Positions 62,346 to 64,000 of a DNA stretch of 64,000 nt are shown here, piece by piece; positions within the stretch are counted from its first letter, which is position 1; each line of letters begins with the position of its first letter. Both the position numbers and the translations under genes were made by a program. The notes under the pieces are model-generated. The model searched no databases and was not told where the DNA came from. It was given only the letters and a program-made list of their open reading frames with translations. Origin of the DNA: Candidatus Melainabacteria bacterium. Lineage in GTDB: Bacteria > Cyanobacteriota > Vampirovibrionia > Obscuribacterales > Obscuribacteraceae. The stretch covers positions 678,713 through 742,712 of the forward strand of contig JADJWK010000001.1 of the NCBI GenBank assembly GCA_016716405.1. The letters are read 5' to 3'.

Positions 62346-62936
62346 AAAAACTATAGAGCACAGTACAGCTCGAATATCGCTGCTCACCCGGCATTTATTG
62401 CAGGGTTCACAGGAGTGGTTTTGATGTCGCTGGTGGTGGCGGAGCATGTCGATTTTCGTCTTCGACGTATTAGCCGGGGCTTATCTCGGGGCATCGCAGG
62501 GGGCTTAACAATTGCTTTATATATCTTTGTGCTGAGCTCCTAGCGAAGCTGGCGCAATAGCTCTCAAGCCAGAAACCATGCCAGATCACTGACTCAAGGA
62601 CCTCCGAATTCATGGTTTGTCAGAAAACTATCATCTGGTCATCTATTGCTTTGGTTGTCATGAATTCAGATATCTAGAGTTATCCACTTTCCATAACTCA
62701 GCAAAAAGAACCTTACAAAGAAACTGCTGCTCACTCATCCAAACCACGTACCGGCGCATTCCCGACGCGCGGGTGATACCGACTCCTCGAGTCGAATCTC
62801 TAGCGGCGTGGCTTTTCGCAAGCAGACGCCGGCGCCCTTCCAACGGTGCGCTCAGCGTCTGATTACCAAAATCCGCGCCTGAAGCCCGCAGAGGCTTCGG
62901 GGCTTATCTGGACTCCAACTGGCCCGGAGGTTGCCT

Positions 62937-64000
62937 ATGCACGACTACAACTTCTTACAGGACCTGCTGGTGATATTCGGATTTGGACTGGTGGCCGTTG
63001 TCGCCTTCCATCGTCTGAATCTCCCGGCTGTCCTCGCTTTTCTTGTTACCGGCGTCTTCCTCGGACCATACGGCTTCAAGGTCGTCGACAACGTGTCGTC
63101 GATCGAGGCCCTGGCTGAGGTGGGCATCGTTCTGCTTCTGTTTACCCTGGGAATCGAGTTCTCCATCTCGCATTTCATGCGGATGCGGCGATTCCTGCTG
63201 ATTGGCGGCGCACTGCAGGTCGGTCTCACCATCGCCCTGACGGTGGCTATCGGGTACTTCCTGAGTGTGCCCACGTCCCTGGCGTTCTTCATCGGCATGC
63301 TGCTGTCCATCAGCAGCACCGCCCTGGTGCTCCGGCTCCTGGAAGGACGCAATGAGCTGGACTCTGCTCACGGCCGCAACTCCCTGACCATCCTCATCTT
63401 CCAGGACCTCTGCATCGTGCCGATGGTTCTCATCACTCCCTTTCTGGGCGGCAAAGATGTGCCGATGATGGAGCTGGTCTGGATTGCCGGCAAGGCCCTG
63501 ATCTTCGTAGGCTGCGCGTTTACCATCGTGAGGTTCTGTCTGCCCTGGATTCTCAACCACGTGGCTCAGACCCGGAAGAGAGAAGCCTTCGTGCTCACCT
63601 CGATCTTCCTCTGTCTGGGTACTGCCTGGGCGACCTCCCATGTCGGGCTCTCCATGGCTCTGGGTGCCTTCATCGCCGGCATGCTCCTGTCCGAGTCCAA
63701 GTTCAGCCATCAGGCTCTCGGCGATATCGTACCCTTCCGGGAGCTCTTCAACTGTCTGGTGTTCGTGTCCATCGGCATGCTGTTCGATGTGCGAACCCTG
63801 TTGCAGATGCCTCTCCTGGTGGGGGTCTGCCTGCTGGTGGTCGTCGTCACGAAGGCGATGATCGCTGCCGGCGTGACCCGCCTGTTCCGGCACTCGGTCA
63901 AGGTCTCGATCCTCACCGGCGTGGCTCTCTGCCAGACGAGCGAGTTCTCTTTCGTGCTCGGCAAGGTGGGACTTGCCTCCGGTGTCATCGACGCTACCAC
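62937..64000 (+). CDS. Monovalent cation:proton antiporter (CPA2/Kef-type), 5' portion; continues past window end
   Basis: ATG 62937 with GGAGG RBS. MHDYNFLQDLLVIFGFGLVAVVAFHRLNLPAVLAFLVTGVFLGPYGF… typical KefB/YbaL N-terminus. No stop before 64000, so absent from the ORF track. Confidence 0.8.
   Translation, partial: MHDYNFLQDLLVIFGFGLVAVVAFHRLNLPAVLAFLVTGVFLGPYGFKVVDNVSSIEALAEVGIVLLLFTLGIEFSISHFMRMRRFLLIGGALQVGLTIALTVAIGYFLSVPTSLAFFIGMLLSISSTALVLRLLEGRNELDSAHGRNSLTILIFQDLCIVPMVLITPFLGGKDVPMMELVWIAGKALIFVGCAFTIVRFCLPWILNHVAQTRKREAFVLTSIFLCLGTAWATSHVGLSMALGAFIAGMLLSESKFSHQALGDIVPFRELFNCLVFVSIGMLFDVRTLLQMPLLVGVCLLVVVVTKAMIAAGVTRLFRHSVKVSILTGVALCQTSEFSFVLGKVGLASGVIDAT

Noticed and set aside
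62955-63893. 312-aa minus-strand ORF
   Set aside because: Antisense to the partial CPA2 antiporter. That plus-strand ORF has an RBS and a typical Kef N-terminus but is missing from the ORF track only because it lacks a stop inside the window.

Overview
GC-rich bacterial chromosomal segment with short AT-rich intergenic spacers and about 58 protein-coding genes. I found no rRNA or CRISPR array, and could not establish a tRNA by eye. Recognisable housekeeping genes include prfB (with its programmed +1 frameshift site), trxA, nadD, a class I fructose-bisphosphate aldolase (fbaB-like), aspA-like, a ClpA/ClpC-family ATPase, methylmalonyl-CoA epimerase, adenosine deaminase, an RfaE-domain II heptose adenylyltransferase, isoaspartyl peptidase, a prolyl oligopeptidase and an RNase J-like beta-CASP nuclease. 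Two regions stand out. The first is a minus-strand operon (<1-9570) of the starvation/sporulation-associated PrkA-YeaH-SpoVR module. It is unusually expanded: two tandem PrkA paralogues (the second with a degenerate P-loop) plus two extra co-oriented genes, one acidic low-complexity protein and one Cys-rich protein. The second is a ~6 kb cluster (27.2-33.7 kb) bracketed by two paralogous genes for ~110-aa single-TM proteins. It holds five co-oriented genes: two unknowns, a small protein made of two ~25-aa tandem repeats, a CYTH (triphosphate-tunnel) enzyme with a poly-basic tail, and a 723-aa flotillin/SPFH scaffold. This is my best candidate for an undescribed membrane-associated module. Smaller oddities are listed under findings: an octapeptide Cys-ladder repeat protein, a truncated orphan response regulator beside a repeat- and hairpin-rich 560-bp non-coding block, a GATC-dense nested palindrome cluster, and orphan ExbD, NADAR and Pth2-type genes. 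All calls rest on reading the translated ORFs and the DNA by eye; no database search was run.
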